From: Octopus vulgaris
Lineage: Eukaryota
Length of the DNA: 64,000 nt
Assembly (NCBI GenBank): GCA_951406725.2
Contig: OX597839.1
Location: forward strand, 31,806,001 to 31,870,000
Reading direction: 5' to 3'
Program-made: the position numbers and the translations under genes
Part shown: positions 26,985 through 39,165 of the stretch, one piece after another
Position numbering within the stretch: the first letter of the stretch is position 1
How the letters are laid out: every line of letters begins with the position of its first letter
Notes under the pieces: model-generated
The model's database searches: none
Told to the model about the DNA's origin: nothing
What the model saw: only the letters and a program-made list of their open reading frames with translations

Positions 26985-27203
26985 TCAGTTTACAGCCAAC
27001 CATATCTGACCCCAATTTTCTCCCCATTTTATGTTCAGACTGGCCAGGGTAGGGCTCTCCTACAAACACTACAATGTCATTCCAAAAATGAATAATCGCA
27101 TCATTGAAATCTCAAAGCTATGAGATAATGCAGGATTAACTCAAAACAAGGTGAATAAGTAAACATTACATTCGACAGAATAATTTCAATGCTAAAGGGT
27201 CAA
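26985..27203 (+). mobile_element. Partial copy of the piggyBac-like MITE
   Basis: Collinear with 27237-27457; ends in ctaaagggtcaa. Confidence 0.7.
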
Positions 27204-27236
27204 TGGTGAAAGTCTCCAAGGACCCAACAATTTTAA

Positions 27237-27457
27237 CCCTTTGGTGTTTAAGCCGGCCATATCCGGCCCAAATATCCTACATGTTTTACATTCAAACTGG
27301 CCCTATCTAGCCTCTCACACCTAACCTACATTGACATTCTAAGAATAAACTATGACACCATTGAAACTTCAAAGCTGTAAGCTAATGCATGATTAATTCA
27401 AAATGATTTGAGTGAAAAAAGTATTACATTTAACAGAGTAATCTGAACACTAAAGGG
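27237..27457 (+). mobile_element. piggyBac-type MITE, ~220 bp
   Basis: TTAA-ccctttggtgtt ... aacactaaaggg-TTAA; second intact copy at 62626-62846. Confidence 0.85.
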
Positions 27458-27704
27458 TTAAAGGTGATATTTTAAATATTTAGTAATGTAACTGAATGCA
27501 TAAATTAAAAGTAGGGTAGCTGACTTTCCATAGATGGTCTCCACCTTTCCTGACTGTCACTAAACTGTTTATGAACACAAGAGGAAGCTGATGTTTTCTA
27601 CCACAACAATGTCGACTCCACTGCATTCATAATGTCAGCTCTATCTTTTGTATTTATAATGTCAAATCTATTGTATCTGTAATTGGAATGCTTCACAAAG
27701 ACCT

Positions 27705-27735
<31 letters not shown>

Positions 27736-28519
27736 TACTAAGGTATTTTAAATTTAAGTTATATATATATTATATATATATACACACGATGTATCTGGAA
27801 TATATTACAGCAATTTCTGATATTTTTGATTTCATGTAGGTGCTGTTGGTTTATTTTAGTGTTAAATTACTTTAAACAAAATTCTTAGTAAAAAAAAAGA
27901 AGCTGTTTTATGGTTTCCAACTGCCTGTTGCTCGATTTAATCAGTAACATTGATATCTGTCCTTCAACTGAGCAAACTAAAATAAGAAAAATAATGTTAC
28001 GAAACAGTGAAAGAAACGTTAACAAGTAGATAAAAAGGCTCAGGATCTTAACTACTGAATCCACTCATCCATCAGTGTAAGGGGAATTTTCCATTTCAGA
28101 ATTCTCGGTCCTTAAATATGGAAATTATTTATTTAAAACATAAACAAATAAGTGCAGACAGGTCTTTGTAGCTAAATAGTTTACTTTGCAATGACACCCG
28201 TTCTGAGTTCAATCCTAATAAACAGCATCATGAACTGATGTCTTTTATTTTTATTTGTTTGGACAGGTCATTGGAACTGGCAAACAAATTGTAGAAACCC
28301 TTTGTATATGTATGCGTATTTATATGCACATGTGTTTATGTGTGTGTGAGTGTGTGCGTGCGAGAGAAAGACAGACATAGAATGTGTGTGTATATATGCA
28401 TGCGTGTGCCTGCATATTGATTTATAAATGCAAATATAGAGTCGTTATGAAACCAAAATCGATTGAGAATCTGAAGTGTTTCTAAACTAAAGCATAATTT
28501 CAGATAATGGTTTATAGAC

Positions 28520-29065
28520 TGTATGAAATAAATATCTGGAAACCAAGAATTGAAATGACAACATTGCCTTACCTGACTCTATGAAATATCTGGGACCAAG
28601 AATTCTTGACACCACAACGCAGACTTAGCTGATCGTATGGAATATCCAGGACTAAGGCTTGGTAACCACAGCACTGCCTTACCTGACTCTATGAAATATC
28701 TGGGACCAAGAATTCTTGACACCACAATGCAGACTTAGCTGATCGTATGGAATATCCAGGACTAAGGCTTGGTAACCACAGCGCCACCTTACCTGACTCT
28801 ATGAAATATCTGGGACCAAGAATTCTTGACACCACAATGCAGACTTAGCTGATCGTATGGAATATCCAGGACTAAGGCTCGGTAGCAACAGCACTGCCGT
28901 AACTGAGAGCATGAAATATCTGGGACCAAGAATTCTTGACACCACAGAACCACATTGGCCTATTATATATAAAGATTGTCAGCAACCAAGAGTGAGATAG
29001 CAACACGAACTTCCTTGGTTTATTGTACGAAATATCCGGGGTCAAGAATTGACACCACCACACTC
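28520..29065. repeat. Minisatellite: 110-bp unit built from two related ~55-bp subunits, ~3.5 clean copies plus decayed flanks
   Basis: ccttacctgactctatgaaatatctgggaccaagaattcttgacaccaca recurs at 110-bp spacing. Confidence 0.95.
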
Positions 29066-29830
29066 TAAGAACTTGTGACTTCTCTCTGACACTTACCATC
29101 AATACAGCTGTTAACTATTTTATAATTAGAATATTGGGTTTTATGTTAAAAGTGAGAGATAAAAAAAGAAAGTCTCTTTGTAATAGGAGACAAAAGAGAA
29201 AATTAGTGAAAGGCTATAGAAAGTGTATTAAATTAGTGTGTATAATAAACAGAATTATAAAAATAAGACCTAACATTGATTAGTTCATTATAAATTCTGC
29301 TTGGTGAATAGGTAAGGTAACCAGAATCAAACAACAGAAAACAGTAAATACGAGAGAGAGGGAGAGAAAGAGAGAGAGTGTATACATACATAAAAATAAG
29401 TATACATACACACACATATATAACACACATACTTGTACGTATATACACAAATACAGACATACATTTATACACACACACACATACACATATATATACACAT
29501 ATATATTTAGTAAAACAACAAAGTAGAATCTAATATGTCCATTGTGTCCAAGTTTTATTGTGTTAAAATTAATTTTCAATGAAAGTGTTGATATAAATGA
29601 ACTCTGCTTAGAGAGTATCATGGAAGTTTTAAAGAGAGATTTTTTTCTAATGAATGATTAAGTTGCAGTCTCTTCCAAGAAAATATCTCTCTGTTCTGTG
29701 AATATATTTGGGTGCTTATGAACCCAAGTGTATGAGTGTGTGTGACTCTCTTCTTCTGTTGTTTCTTTGCATTTGTTTAACTTGTTCTAATCGAAGATTT
29801 AATATTTCTTTTAAACACTTCAAAATATAT

Positions 29831-30065
29831 GTTTTTTTACTACCCACAAGGGGCTAAACACAGAGAGGACAAACAAGGACAGACAAACGGATTAAGATGA
29901 TTACATCGATCCCAGTGCTTAATTGGTACTTAATTTATCGACCCCGAAAGGATGAAAGGCAAAGTCGACCATCGGCGGAATTTGAACTCAGAACGTAACG
30001 GCAGACGAAATATGGCTACGCATTTCGCCCGGTGTGCTAACGATTCTGACAGCTCGCCGCCTTTT
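29831..30065 (-). mobile_element. Full-length Meta-like SINE with 17-bp TSD
   Basis: TSD aacacttcaaaatatat at 29814-29830 and 30066-30082. Confidence 0.92.
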
Positions 30066-30249
30066 AACACTTCAAAATATATTTTGTTTTCACATTGGCT
30101 GTTGTTTAGCCCTGACTTAGCAGACCCATGATGGAATGGGTTCTAGAAGCAACCGTTCAGTCTTCTATTATATCTAGGGCTACATTATCAAAACTTTTAA
30201 TAGCAAAATTAAATTTCATAGCTGCAGGCACGACTGTAGGGACAACATG

Positions 30250-30640
30250 CGCAGGGATGGCTGTGTGGTAAGAAATTCTTTTCCCAATGACATGGTTCCA
30301 AATTCAATCCCAGTGTGTGGCACCTTGGGTAAGTGTCCTCTACTATAGCCTCAGGCCAACCAAAGCCTTGCGAGTGGATGTGCTAGATGGAAACTGAAAG
30401 AAGCCTCTCTGTGTGTTTGTGCACATGGTGTGCACACATGTCTGTCCTGCACCACTGCTTGACTATTGACTATTGATTTATTTATATTCCCCTTAGTAAT
30501 TTGGCAAAAAGATAGAATAAGTACCAGGCTTTAAAAAAACGAATAAGTACTGGAGCTGATTCATTTGACTAAAAAAATTCTTCAAGGCAGTGCCCCAGCA
30601 TGGCCACAGTCTAACGGCTGGAACAAGTAAAATATAAAAG
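30250..30640 (+). mobile_element. Full-length CORE-like SINE
   Basis: gcagggatggctgtgtggtaag...ggcaccttgggtaagtgtc...cagcatggccacagtctaac. Confidence 0.88.
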
Positions 30641-30697
30641 ATTATTCCAGTAATTATCACCTAAACATGATGGGTGTTAATTATCTCTGAAACATAG

Positions 30698-30825
30698 AAT
30701 GGTATTTTCTGCAAATCACGTTGCCACAATAAACTTGATGTGTGTCTCAAAAGAAAATGGTTTCAAGGATGACATTCTTCAACTAAAGAAAGACTGGCAA
30801 ATAAAACTGCTTGCTACAGTTGAGG
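30698..30825 (+). CDS. Candidate exon (MVFSANHVATINLMCVSKENGFKDDILQLKKDWQIKLLATVE)
   Basis: Acceptor ctctgaaacatag; donor GAGG/gtaatg; open frame. Confidence 0.35.
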
Positions 30826-31309
30826 GTAATGAAACTTTGACTGGATATATTTTATTCCTGCAATGAAATGGCAAATGGATCAATCCTTTTGTAAAGTAGA
30901 AAAAGTATGATTTGAAGGAGATTTAGTAGCTGTTGTTTGCAGCAGAACGAATGAACACACCATGGTTTCTTTGTTGGGTCTAAATATAATGGCTGTGAGA
31001 CAAGGTATTGGATTTATTAATCAAAAAATCTTAAGGTCAAATGTTTCCAAATTCAAACAGCTGTAGCAGAGCATGCATTGCTCTGTGCCCCTCAGTCAAA
31101 TGTAAAAACCACCAATAATTTATAGTTTAATGGTTAGATGTAGTAAAGACAATTCTAAAAGCACCAACTCAAGTCTTAAGTCAATATTAAAATTTACTAA
31201 AATTCCTCTCACCCATGCTTGTAAGGAAAAGTGGATGCAGGACATTGCTGCATGGTGTGTGACTGCAAATGGTTACCAGCGTTTGAAGGAGAAAAGATCA
31301 TCTTTCCAG

Positions 31310-31414
31310 TACAAAATTGATTTTATGGACACTGATGATCTGGAACTGCTCAGAGTCTACACTAATTTATGAACAGGAACTTCAAATTGCTGCAGCCTCC
31401 ATATTAGCTTACCT
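31310..31414 (+). CDS. Candidate 105-nt exon (TKLILWTLMIWNCSESTLIYEQELQIAAASILAY)
   Basis: Acceptor tcatctttccag; donor gtacgt; phase 2-2, compatible with 31510. Confidence 0.35.
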
Positions 31415-31509
31415 GTACGTTGCACAATAAAGTGATAAACTTGTATCATCTACACTAATGTACTGGTACCTGTATTTCATTTAATTATTTAAGTATATTT
31501 AATATCCAG

Positions 31510-31756
31510 GGTGTGTGACTTTTTTGGCAAGGGTGAAATCAGTAATCTAGAAAAGCTTTGGAACCAAAGATTCAAGAAAATTGATGCTGTATCTGGGATT
31601 GTTGAGATGCAATAACTTTATGAATCTAAAGACAGAACATTCCGCTACATATTCATACAGAGATGGTCACACATTATCATAATCATAAATGGCATCAAAG
31701 TGCTCAGAAGCTTTGGTGCATTCCAAACATCAACTGATTTTGCCAATAAACAAGAG
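31510..31756 (+). pseudogene. Candidate exon, 82 codons with a single TAA (VCDFFGKGEISNLEKLWNQRFKKIDAVSGIVEMQ*LYESKDRTFRYIF...)
   Basis: Acceptor atttaatatccag; TAA at 31613; donor uncertain. Confidence 0.35.
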
Positions 31757-32369
31757 GTTATGCATAATTTATCAAACCTAGTCATTTTACTTTTATTGTT
31801 TTCAGAATTAAATGAAACACAAGGGAAGTTTAATTTTGCTGGAATGTAGTCATTAAGAAGTTAGAAGTCTTTGATTTTAAAATACTTCATTGTATATAAA
31901 AATGCAAGCAATTTGTGTGTGTGTGTGCGTGAGAGAGAGAGAGAGAGAGAGTGGGGGAGGTCGAGAGCAGAAGCTAAAATAAAAATATCCTTCAGAATAC
32001 AAAACATTTTTTTTTCAGTTGCCATGCCCTAAGTAACAAGAAATTTTTGAGTTCAATCCTCTCCTAGGGATCTTATTAACTTAAATGAAATTGGTGTAGC
32101 TGGCAAGTGGATCACAGACTTGGTTTACAAAGAAATTTCAAAAAAATTAAATTTGATAAAATTTGAACTTATATACTTAAAGTAGGCAGTAAGTAAGCAT
32201 AAAGTTTTGTGCTCTCCTTTCAGAATTAATGACTGTAATGACAAACGAGTTTTTATAGGATCCTTCAATGTGCTGAAAATAGCGGCTAAATTTCCCTCAA
32301 TCTACAACTAACCTCAATAAAAAAAGAGGAAGGGATATATTAGAGAATATAGACCTAGATATGTTGTTG

Positions 32370-32535
32370 GGTTGCTGTTGTGTAGTAAGAAGTTTGCTTC
32401 CCAACCACATGGTTCTAGGTTCAGTCCCACTGCATGATACCTTGGGCAAGTGCCTTCCACTATAACTTCAGAGTTACCAAAGCCTTGTGTGTGGATTTGG
32501 TAGATGGAAACTGAAAAGAAGCCCGTCATATATAA

Positions 32536-32571
<36 letters not shown>

Positions 32572-32795
32572 GTGTGTGTGCATGTCTTTGCATCTGTTTG
32601 TCCCTCATCATCACTTGACAACTAGTGTTGGTTTGTTTATATCCCAGTAACTTAGCAGCTTGGCAAAAAGAGTCCATCAGAATAAGTACAAGACTTCAAA
32701 AAAATAAGTAATGAGGTCAATACATTTGACTAAAACTTCTTCAAGGTGGTACCCCAGCATGGCCGTAGTCTAATGACTGGAACAAGTAAAAGATA
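32370..32795 (+). mobile_element. Full-length CORE-like SINE
   Basis: Family head, internal microsatellite and aacaagtaaaagat tail. Confidence 0.88.
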
Positions 32796-33487
32796 GGGGT
32801 GCCATATGAGAGCTGATGTGGGGCCAAACGACATCAAAACATGGTAGGTTTCACCGCAAAATAAACCCAGGTGAAATTAGAGCTCAGATACTTAAAACAC
32901 GAAGCAAACCAAAGCATAAATCATATTGGCTCCTGGTCTGGCATCAGCAGCACATCTATAATAAAAATGACAATGTTGGTGTTGTTGGTTATGATTTATG
33001 TAGATATAAAAGATAATATTTTAATAAGGAGGAGGGGGTCGGGAGGGGGTTGTGTTAAAGACTTTCCCAAAGACATTAGTGACACGAGTGAAGTGAACCA
33101 CTTCCAAATGGGAATTGGACTTCATTCATCAAAACCTCAACCCCGGTTATCACCCAACCAACCCTCTGGCATCTGATATAATAATTTCTTTGTTTATTAA
33201 TAAAATAATAATTATTTCTTTTAATGACATATAATTGTAATGATTATGTTGGTGTTCACTTTTGCACAAAGACATTTCGTTAAGAGAGAGGTCATGTTTT
33301 CGTATTCTCTTCAATTGACCCCAGAACTACCTCTGACACTTAGCTGATCAATTCCTCAGGGAATCCAATGGTTCTTATGAACTCATGAGTCACGAGGTAA
33401 TGAGAATTATGAGAAGTACGTGGCTTGAACTAATCAGACACAACCACACTCACTACTACAGGACTAATGGTGTGTGTGTGTAGGCAT

Positions 33488-33866
33488 CATCATCATTCAT
33501 CATTGTTCGACCGTGGTCGAGACAATGGAATTTACCATGCTACGCCAGACTTCACGGTCCATCATGGCATTACGGAGGTCCTGTTGCTGGATGCTTGTAT
33601 CCCTGGAGATTACATCAGGGTAGGAGAGTGTGCGCCCTCTGGTATTGCGAGTAGATAGCTTCCAGAGGAGAAGAGTAGAAATTACTTCTTTTTCAGCTCT
33701 ACAACAATGTCCAGCAAACTGGACTCTCCTACCTTTCACAAGAGATGACACAGGTGGTAGTTTCCCATATATTTGCATTTTGGTTGGATGGCGCTTCCAC
33801 GAGAGATTTTGAGCTCTCATAAGGAGGCGAGTGTAGGTTCCATCCAACCGCCTCTCAAGCTTCTCA
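33488..33866 (-). mobile_element. 5'-truncated RTE-type LINE 3' end, with intact ORF end, (TGA)n tail and 11-bp TSD
   Basis: LERRLDGTYTRLLMRAQNLSWKRH...RRVQFAGHC...AMMDREVWR; TSD tgtgtaggcat at 33477-33487 and 33867-33877. Confidence 0.9.
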
Positions 33867-33869
33867 TGT

Positions 33870-34250
33870 GTAGGCATGGCTGTGTGGTAAGAAACTGGTT
33901 TCACAACCACATGGCTCTAGGTTCAGTCCCACTCTGTGGCACCTTGAGCAAGTGTCTTCAACTATTGTTTCAGGTTAACCATAGCCTTGAGAGTGTATTT
34001 CGTAGACGTAAACTGAATGAAGCCCGTCCACTATGTATTTATGTGTGTGTCTGTGTGTCTGTGTTTGTCCCCCACCACTGCTTGACAACTGGTGTGGGTA
34101 TGTTTACGTCACTGTAACTTAGAGGTTCAGCAAAAGCGATGAATAGAATAAGTACTGAACTTAAAAAAAATGTAAGTACTGAGGTTAATTCATTCGACAA
34201 CAAATTCTTCAATGCAGTGTCCCAGCATGGCTGCAGCCTAATGAAAGGAT
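33870..34250 (+). mobile_element. Full-length CORE-like SINE; its 5' end is the LINE target
   Basis: aggcatggctgtgtggtaag...cccagcatggctgcagcctaatg. Confidence 0.88.
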
Positions 34251-34443
34251 ACAATAAAGACACACACACACACACTCACATTCCATTAAGTTTGAGATGA
34301 ATTAATGTTGGAAATATTTCTGGAGATTTTGTTGCTTTCACCATCAAATTCCATGTGTAAGTCACATGTCTAACCAGGGAAGGGTTTGACAAGATTCTGA
34401 GAAAACCTTCCATAGTTTACATATTTATACAACACATGCGCGT

Positions 34444-34481
<38 letters not shown>

Positions 34482-34528
34482 ATTTGTGTGTGCGTTTGTG
34501 TGTGTGTGATATACAAATATGTATATAG

Positions 34529-34912
34529 GTATTTTATTGTGTCTGGGGAGAGTCATTCTCTTTTAGTGCCTTATTATTTAACACACTCAAGGCAGTGAGC
34601 TGGCAGAAACGTTAGCATGCCAGGCGAAATGCTTAGCGGTATTTAGTCTGTCTTTACGTTCTGAGTTCAAATTCTACTGAGATCAACTTTGCCTTTCATC
34701 CTTTCAGGGTCGATAACTTAAGTACCAGTTGCGTACTGGGGTCGATCTAATCGACTGGCCCCCTCCCCTCAAAATTTCAGGCCTTGTGCCTAGAGTAGAA
34801 AAGATTATTTAACACACTCACTAGTTTGGTTTCCACTCTGGAAATCGAACTAGTGAGTGTGTTAAATAATAAGGCACTAAAAGAGAAGGACTCTCACCAG
34901 ACACAATAAAAT
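34529..34912. repeat. Fold-back element with ~75-bp arms; left arm interrupted by a SINE
   Basis: tattttattgtgtctggggagagtcattctcttttagtgccttattatttaacacactcactagtt versus its reverse complement at ~34840-34912. Confidence 0.9.
34590..34803 (+). mobile_element. Full-length Meta-like SINE (tail variant A) with 17-bp TSD
   Basis: TSD attatttaacacactca at 34573-34589 and 34804-34820; gcctttcatcctttcagggtcgataa...aagtaccag domain. Confidence 0.92.
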
Positions 34913-35109
34913 ATGCTTCAACACACAAATTCACATAAAGAATCTTGCAAACCAAATACAAAAACGAGATATATAGATATTTATATACATATATGTATAT
35001 GATATATACATATACATACATTTGTATATACATGTTCAGGAGCCTCCTTGGTGAAAATCTTAACTACATCCATGTTTGTGCTCGGGGCTGTTATTATACC
35101 CGTGAACAT

Positions 35110-35142
<33 letters not shown>

Positions 35143-35693
35143 TTACTACTACTACTATTAGTACTTATTTGTCATAAAAAAATTATTGAAACTGAATGAA
35201 ATAAATATTTATTTTTTTAGTTCACTGTCTTTGTGTACATCAGTACTGACACACAAACACGCATACATATATATATTCACACATATATACATGTATATAC
35301 ACACACCTACATACATACACACATACACTCACACATACACACATGTAACTGGCAGCTGATAGTACATGAAGACTAAAATGTTTTAGTTTGCAAAGAAAAA
35401 AAAAGAGAAAAAAAGAGAAAAAAAGGTAAATAACCTAAGACATTTTTTTTCATCAAAACTAATAATATATTGATTTTTATTCTGAGAACAAGACCAGAAA
35501 TTAGTGGGAATGGTGGAAGTGGTCAATGATTAAATCTATTTCACTCGACAGGTACTTATTTAGCAACACTGGCTAAGTTGACCTTGGAGAAATTTGAATT
35601 CACAATGCAAAGTATTTTGACCACTTCTAATTCTAAACCACATTTGCCTTCACTACAGGTAATAATATGTAGAGGAAACGAAAGAGCATACAT

Positions 35694-35886
35694 CAGTGAT
35701 TCTCAGCCACAACTCCCAGGGCCTCATGTGGCCCTTAAGCATCCTACCAGCAGCCCTTAACAGTCTTCCCTTTTTGAATATAATAAATTTTTCTTTGACT
35801 CATGTTTTGCTTTTTTTTGGTGCAGCCCCTTAAAAAAATCCAGGCTTTAGACGTGGCTTGGATATTAAAAATGTCGAGAACCACTG
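35694..35886. mobile_element. hAT/Charlie-like MITE
   Basis: Termini cagtgattctca ... cgagaaccactg with internal gtggccc/gcagccc subterminal motifs; TSD not recognisable. Confidence 0.55.
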
Positions 35887-36175
35887 CGCTATAGAGTTAT
35901 TTTCTTGCTAGAAATAACAACCAAACCTCCCTCAAACTATATCTTGCATCATATGATGGGACACATTAGGAAATGTTATCCAAGGTACAGTATTCCAAAA
36001 ATAAAAACGGTGTAGCCATAGTTGGAATGGGGCGACTACCCTAACTGAGGATGACAGTAATTAATAGCATAGTAAATACCTCTTTACCTTTTACAACAAC
36101 AAGTTAGTGGAGTTGTGTGTGGGGACATAATTAGCAGTATGCTGTTTCCAGTCCCAGACAATATTTGAGTCTAGT

Positions 36176-36394
36176 AAGGCAGCGAGCTGTCAGAAACGTT
36201 AGCATGCTGGGTGAAATGCTTAGCGGTATTTCGTTCGTCTTTACTTTCTGAGTTCAAATTCTGCCAAGGTCGACTTTGCCTTTCATCCTTTTGGGGTTGA
36301 TAAATTAAGTACCGGTTGTGTACTGGGGTTAATCAAATTGACTGTCATCCTCCTCAAAAATTTCGGGCCTCGTGCCTAGAGGAGAAAAGAACAC
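36176..36394 (+). mobile_element. Full-length Meta-like SINE with 11-bp TSD
   Basis: TSD ttgagtctagt at 36165-36175 and 36395-36405. Confidence 0.92.
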
Positions 36395-37240
36395 TTGAGT
36401 CTAGTTTCAAACCCGGCACTTCTGTGCCTTGGGGTCAGTAAATTCAGTAAAAACCAATTACTGGTATTTAACCCCAAGTTTATCTTAATCAAGCAGAACT
36501 ATTATCAAAGACATTCTAACCATGACCATCTCATTGTTTACTTCCAAGTAAAATGGCATCCTGGACAGCACTGTCTCTAATATCCAGTGTGTCCTTCATT
36601 TTAGGGAATAAGACAAAGTACTAAGCATAAGATCTGGCTGTTATTTATAGTAGATTGGTGGACCACCACAACAAGTCTTTCTCAACTGGCCAATAACACT
36701 TTTTCTAAACTAATATTTTCCATGATGCCTTAATCAAGTTTTGTTAACAACATAAAATTAGTGAAATTAATTAATGAATAATCAAATATCCTGTCACTTG
36801 TCATCAGTTACAAGTTTAATTAGCATTCACAGTTATCAGAGCTCAGATATACTTCACAGGTCAATCTAGTCATAACTGATCCGATGTGACTAAAACTGGG
36901 ATTCTACAGAGACAAAGATTACTGGCAACCTATGCCAGTGTAGCATCATGGTTTGGAAACCTCTTTTGAAGAAGCTTGTTTGTTAGTTGCTATCATAAGA
37001 ACCAGTGTAGTTATAGAGAGGTTGAGCCAACTGAAGCTGACGCAAACAAGTCTTTAAGCTATGTTAATTAAGGACAAGAAGAATATAGCATTAAATCTTA
37101 AGTAGATTTGATAAAAGTCAGATACCGGAGATCACAGAAAGACTTTAGTGATCAAGTGTAAGGCAAGTGGACAAAATTGGTTGAACAGAACTAATGGTGA
37201 ATACATAACCTCCACACAAAGATTTTACATATGTATATAC

Positions 37241-37470
37241 ATCATCATCATCATCATCATCATTATTTAATGTCCATTTTCCATTTTGGCAAGGGTTGGA
37301 TGGTTTGGCAGAAGTTGACAAACCAGAGAGCTGCACCAGGCTCCAATTGTCTCTTTTGGCATGGTTTCTACAGCTGGATGCCGTTCCTAATGCCAACCAC
37401 TACTTCAGAGTGTACTGGGTGCCTTTTACGTGGCACCTGCACAGTGCTTCTCATGTGGCACTGGCACACA
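37241..37470 (-). mobile_element. SINE 3' portion, (TGA)n-tail family
   Basis: (cat)n...cagctggatgccgttcctaatgccaaccac. Confidence 0.85.
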
Positions 37471-37511
37471 TGTTTATATATCTTCAGTATATATATATAT
37501 ATATATATATT

Positions 37512-37895
37512 GTGGAGGCGCAATGGCCCAGTGGTTAGGGCAGCGGACTCGCGGTCATAGGATCGCAGTTTCGATTCCCAGACCGGGCGTTGTGAGTGTT
37601 TATTGAGCGAAAACACCTAAAGCTCCACGAGGCTCCGGCAGGGGATGGTGGTGATCCCTGCTGTACTCTTTCACCACAACTTTCTCTCACTCTTACTTCC
37701 TGTTTCTGTTGTACCTGTATTTCAAAGGGCCGGCCTTGTCACTCTCTGTGTCACGCTGAACATCCCCGAGAACTACGCTAAGGGTACACGTGTCTGTGGA
37801 GTGCTCAGCCACTTACATGTTAATTTCACAAGCAGGCTGTTCCGTTGATTCGGATCAACCGGAACCCTCATCGTCGTAACCGACGGAGTGCTTCC

Positions 37896-37897
<2 letters not shown>
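37512..37897 (+). mobile_element. Young full-length tRNA-derived SINE of a fourth family, inserted in (TA)n
   Basis: A box tggcccagtgg, B-box-like gtttcgattccc, CpG-rich body, (TA)n on both sides; possibly an octopus OR-type SINE (recollection, unverified). Confidence 0.8.
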
Positions 37898-37957
<60 letters not shown>

Positions 37958-38269
37958 GTATAATGTACGTGCGTGTGTATGTGTGTGTGTGTGTGTGTGT
38001 GTGTAAGCATCTATTCAAAGAAATTTAAAGGTCCTTTTAGTTGCTATTGTTGAAAGCTGCTATCAGTGCTTCAAGCCACAAAAGTGACAGATCAATTTCC
38101 CTGACACTGTTGTTGCTGTTGTTGTTGCTGCTGTTATCATTACTTTTACTCCAACAACCCTTCTTGCAACAAGCAGACATGGAAACACTTTTGTAAGCTA
38201 TCACGTAATGATCGATGGAATGTAAAATCCAAGTAAACTACTCGGAGAGTAACAACAAAAATAACCAAA

Positions 38270-38334
<65 letters not shown>

Positions 38335-38511
38335 ACACACTTGTCTGTGTGCATGTAAAGACGTATACAGCTCTTTATTTTTCACGTTTGTATATATATA
38401 TGTTTGTATGTGCAGGTGTTTATGTATATTTGCATTTAGATGTGCATGGGTATGCAATTTTAGGTTTTCAAGTTTTATTGCTACTCAGCCTTTAAAAGCA
38501 AGCCTTGTGTT

Positions 38512-38542
<31 letters not shown>

Positions 38543-38901
38543 GTCCAGCAACTACGTCTGTCTGTTCGGTCACATGCTGACTGGTTAACTGACTGAAGTT
38601 GATGCTGGTGAGATGTCATTCATCATGCATTGTGCAAATTCCACGAGGTGACAGACCAACCCATTCATACGTTTCCTTGCAACCTAACACTCAAGCACCT
38701 GTTTATCAGTGCAATCTGTTTGCTGTTGTTCTCCTCCACTGCCTAACCCCACTCCCCTATAGCTGTCCAATCCAACATCAGTGAGAAGCACTGATATCTT
38801 ACAATATGTTCTGCAATCGAATATGCAAAGATGCTTTTATTTGTTAACATTTTCCTGATCAACAGCAAAGGTTTTTCTGTACAATACAAGATTTTTGTAC
38901 T

Positions 38902-39165
38902 CACTATATACTCTTGTACACTATACACTACATGTACACTATATACTCTTGTACACTATACACTACATGTACACTATATACTCTTGTACACTATACACTA
39001 CATGTACACTATATACTCTTGTACACTATACACTACATGTACACTATATACTCTTGTACACTATACACTACATGTACACTATATACTCTTGTACACTATA
39101 CACTACATGTACACTATATACTCTTGTACACTATACACTACATGTACACTATACACTATACACTT
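38902..39165. repeat. 35-bp minisatellite (17+18 dimer), ~7.5 near-perfect copies
   Basis: tgtacactatatactct + tgtacactatacactaca repeated. Confidence 0.97.

Noticed and set aside
28520-29065. CRISPR-like appearance of repeat plus intervening sequence
   Set aside because: The intervening segments are near-identical and homologous to the repeat; eukaryotic context; no cas genes
37516-37590. Possible tRNA gene
   Set aside because: No complete cloverleaf or terminator, and it runs into a SINE body; the same applies to the heads at 17150, 55103 and 58215
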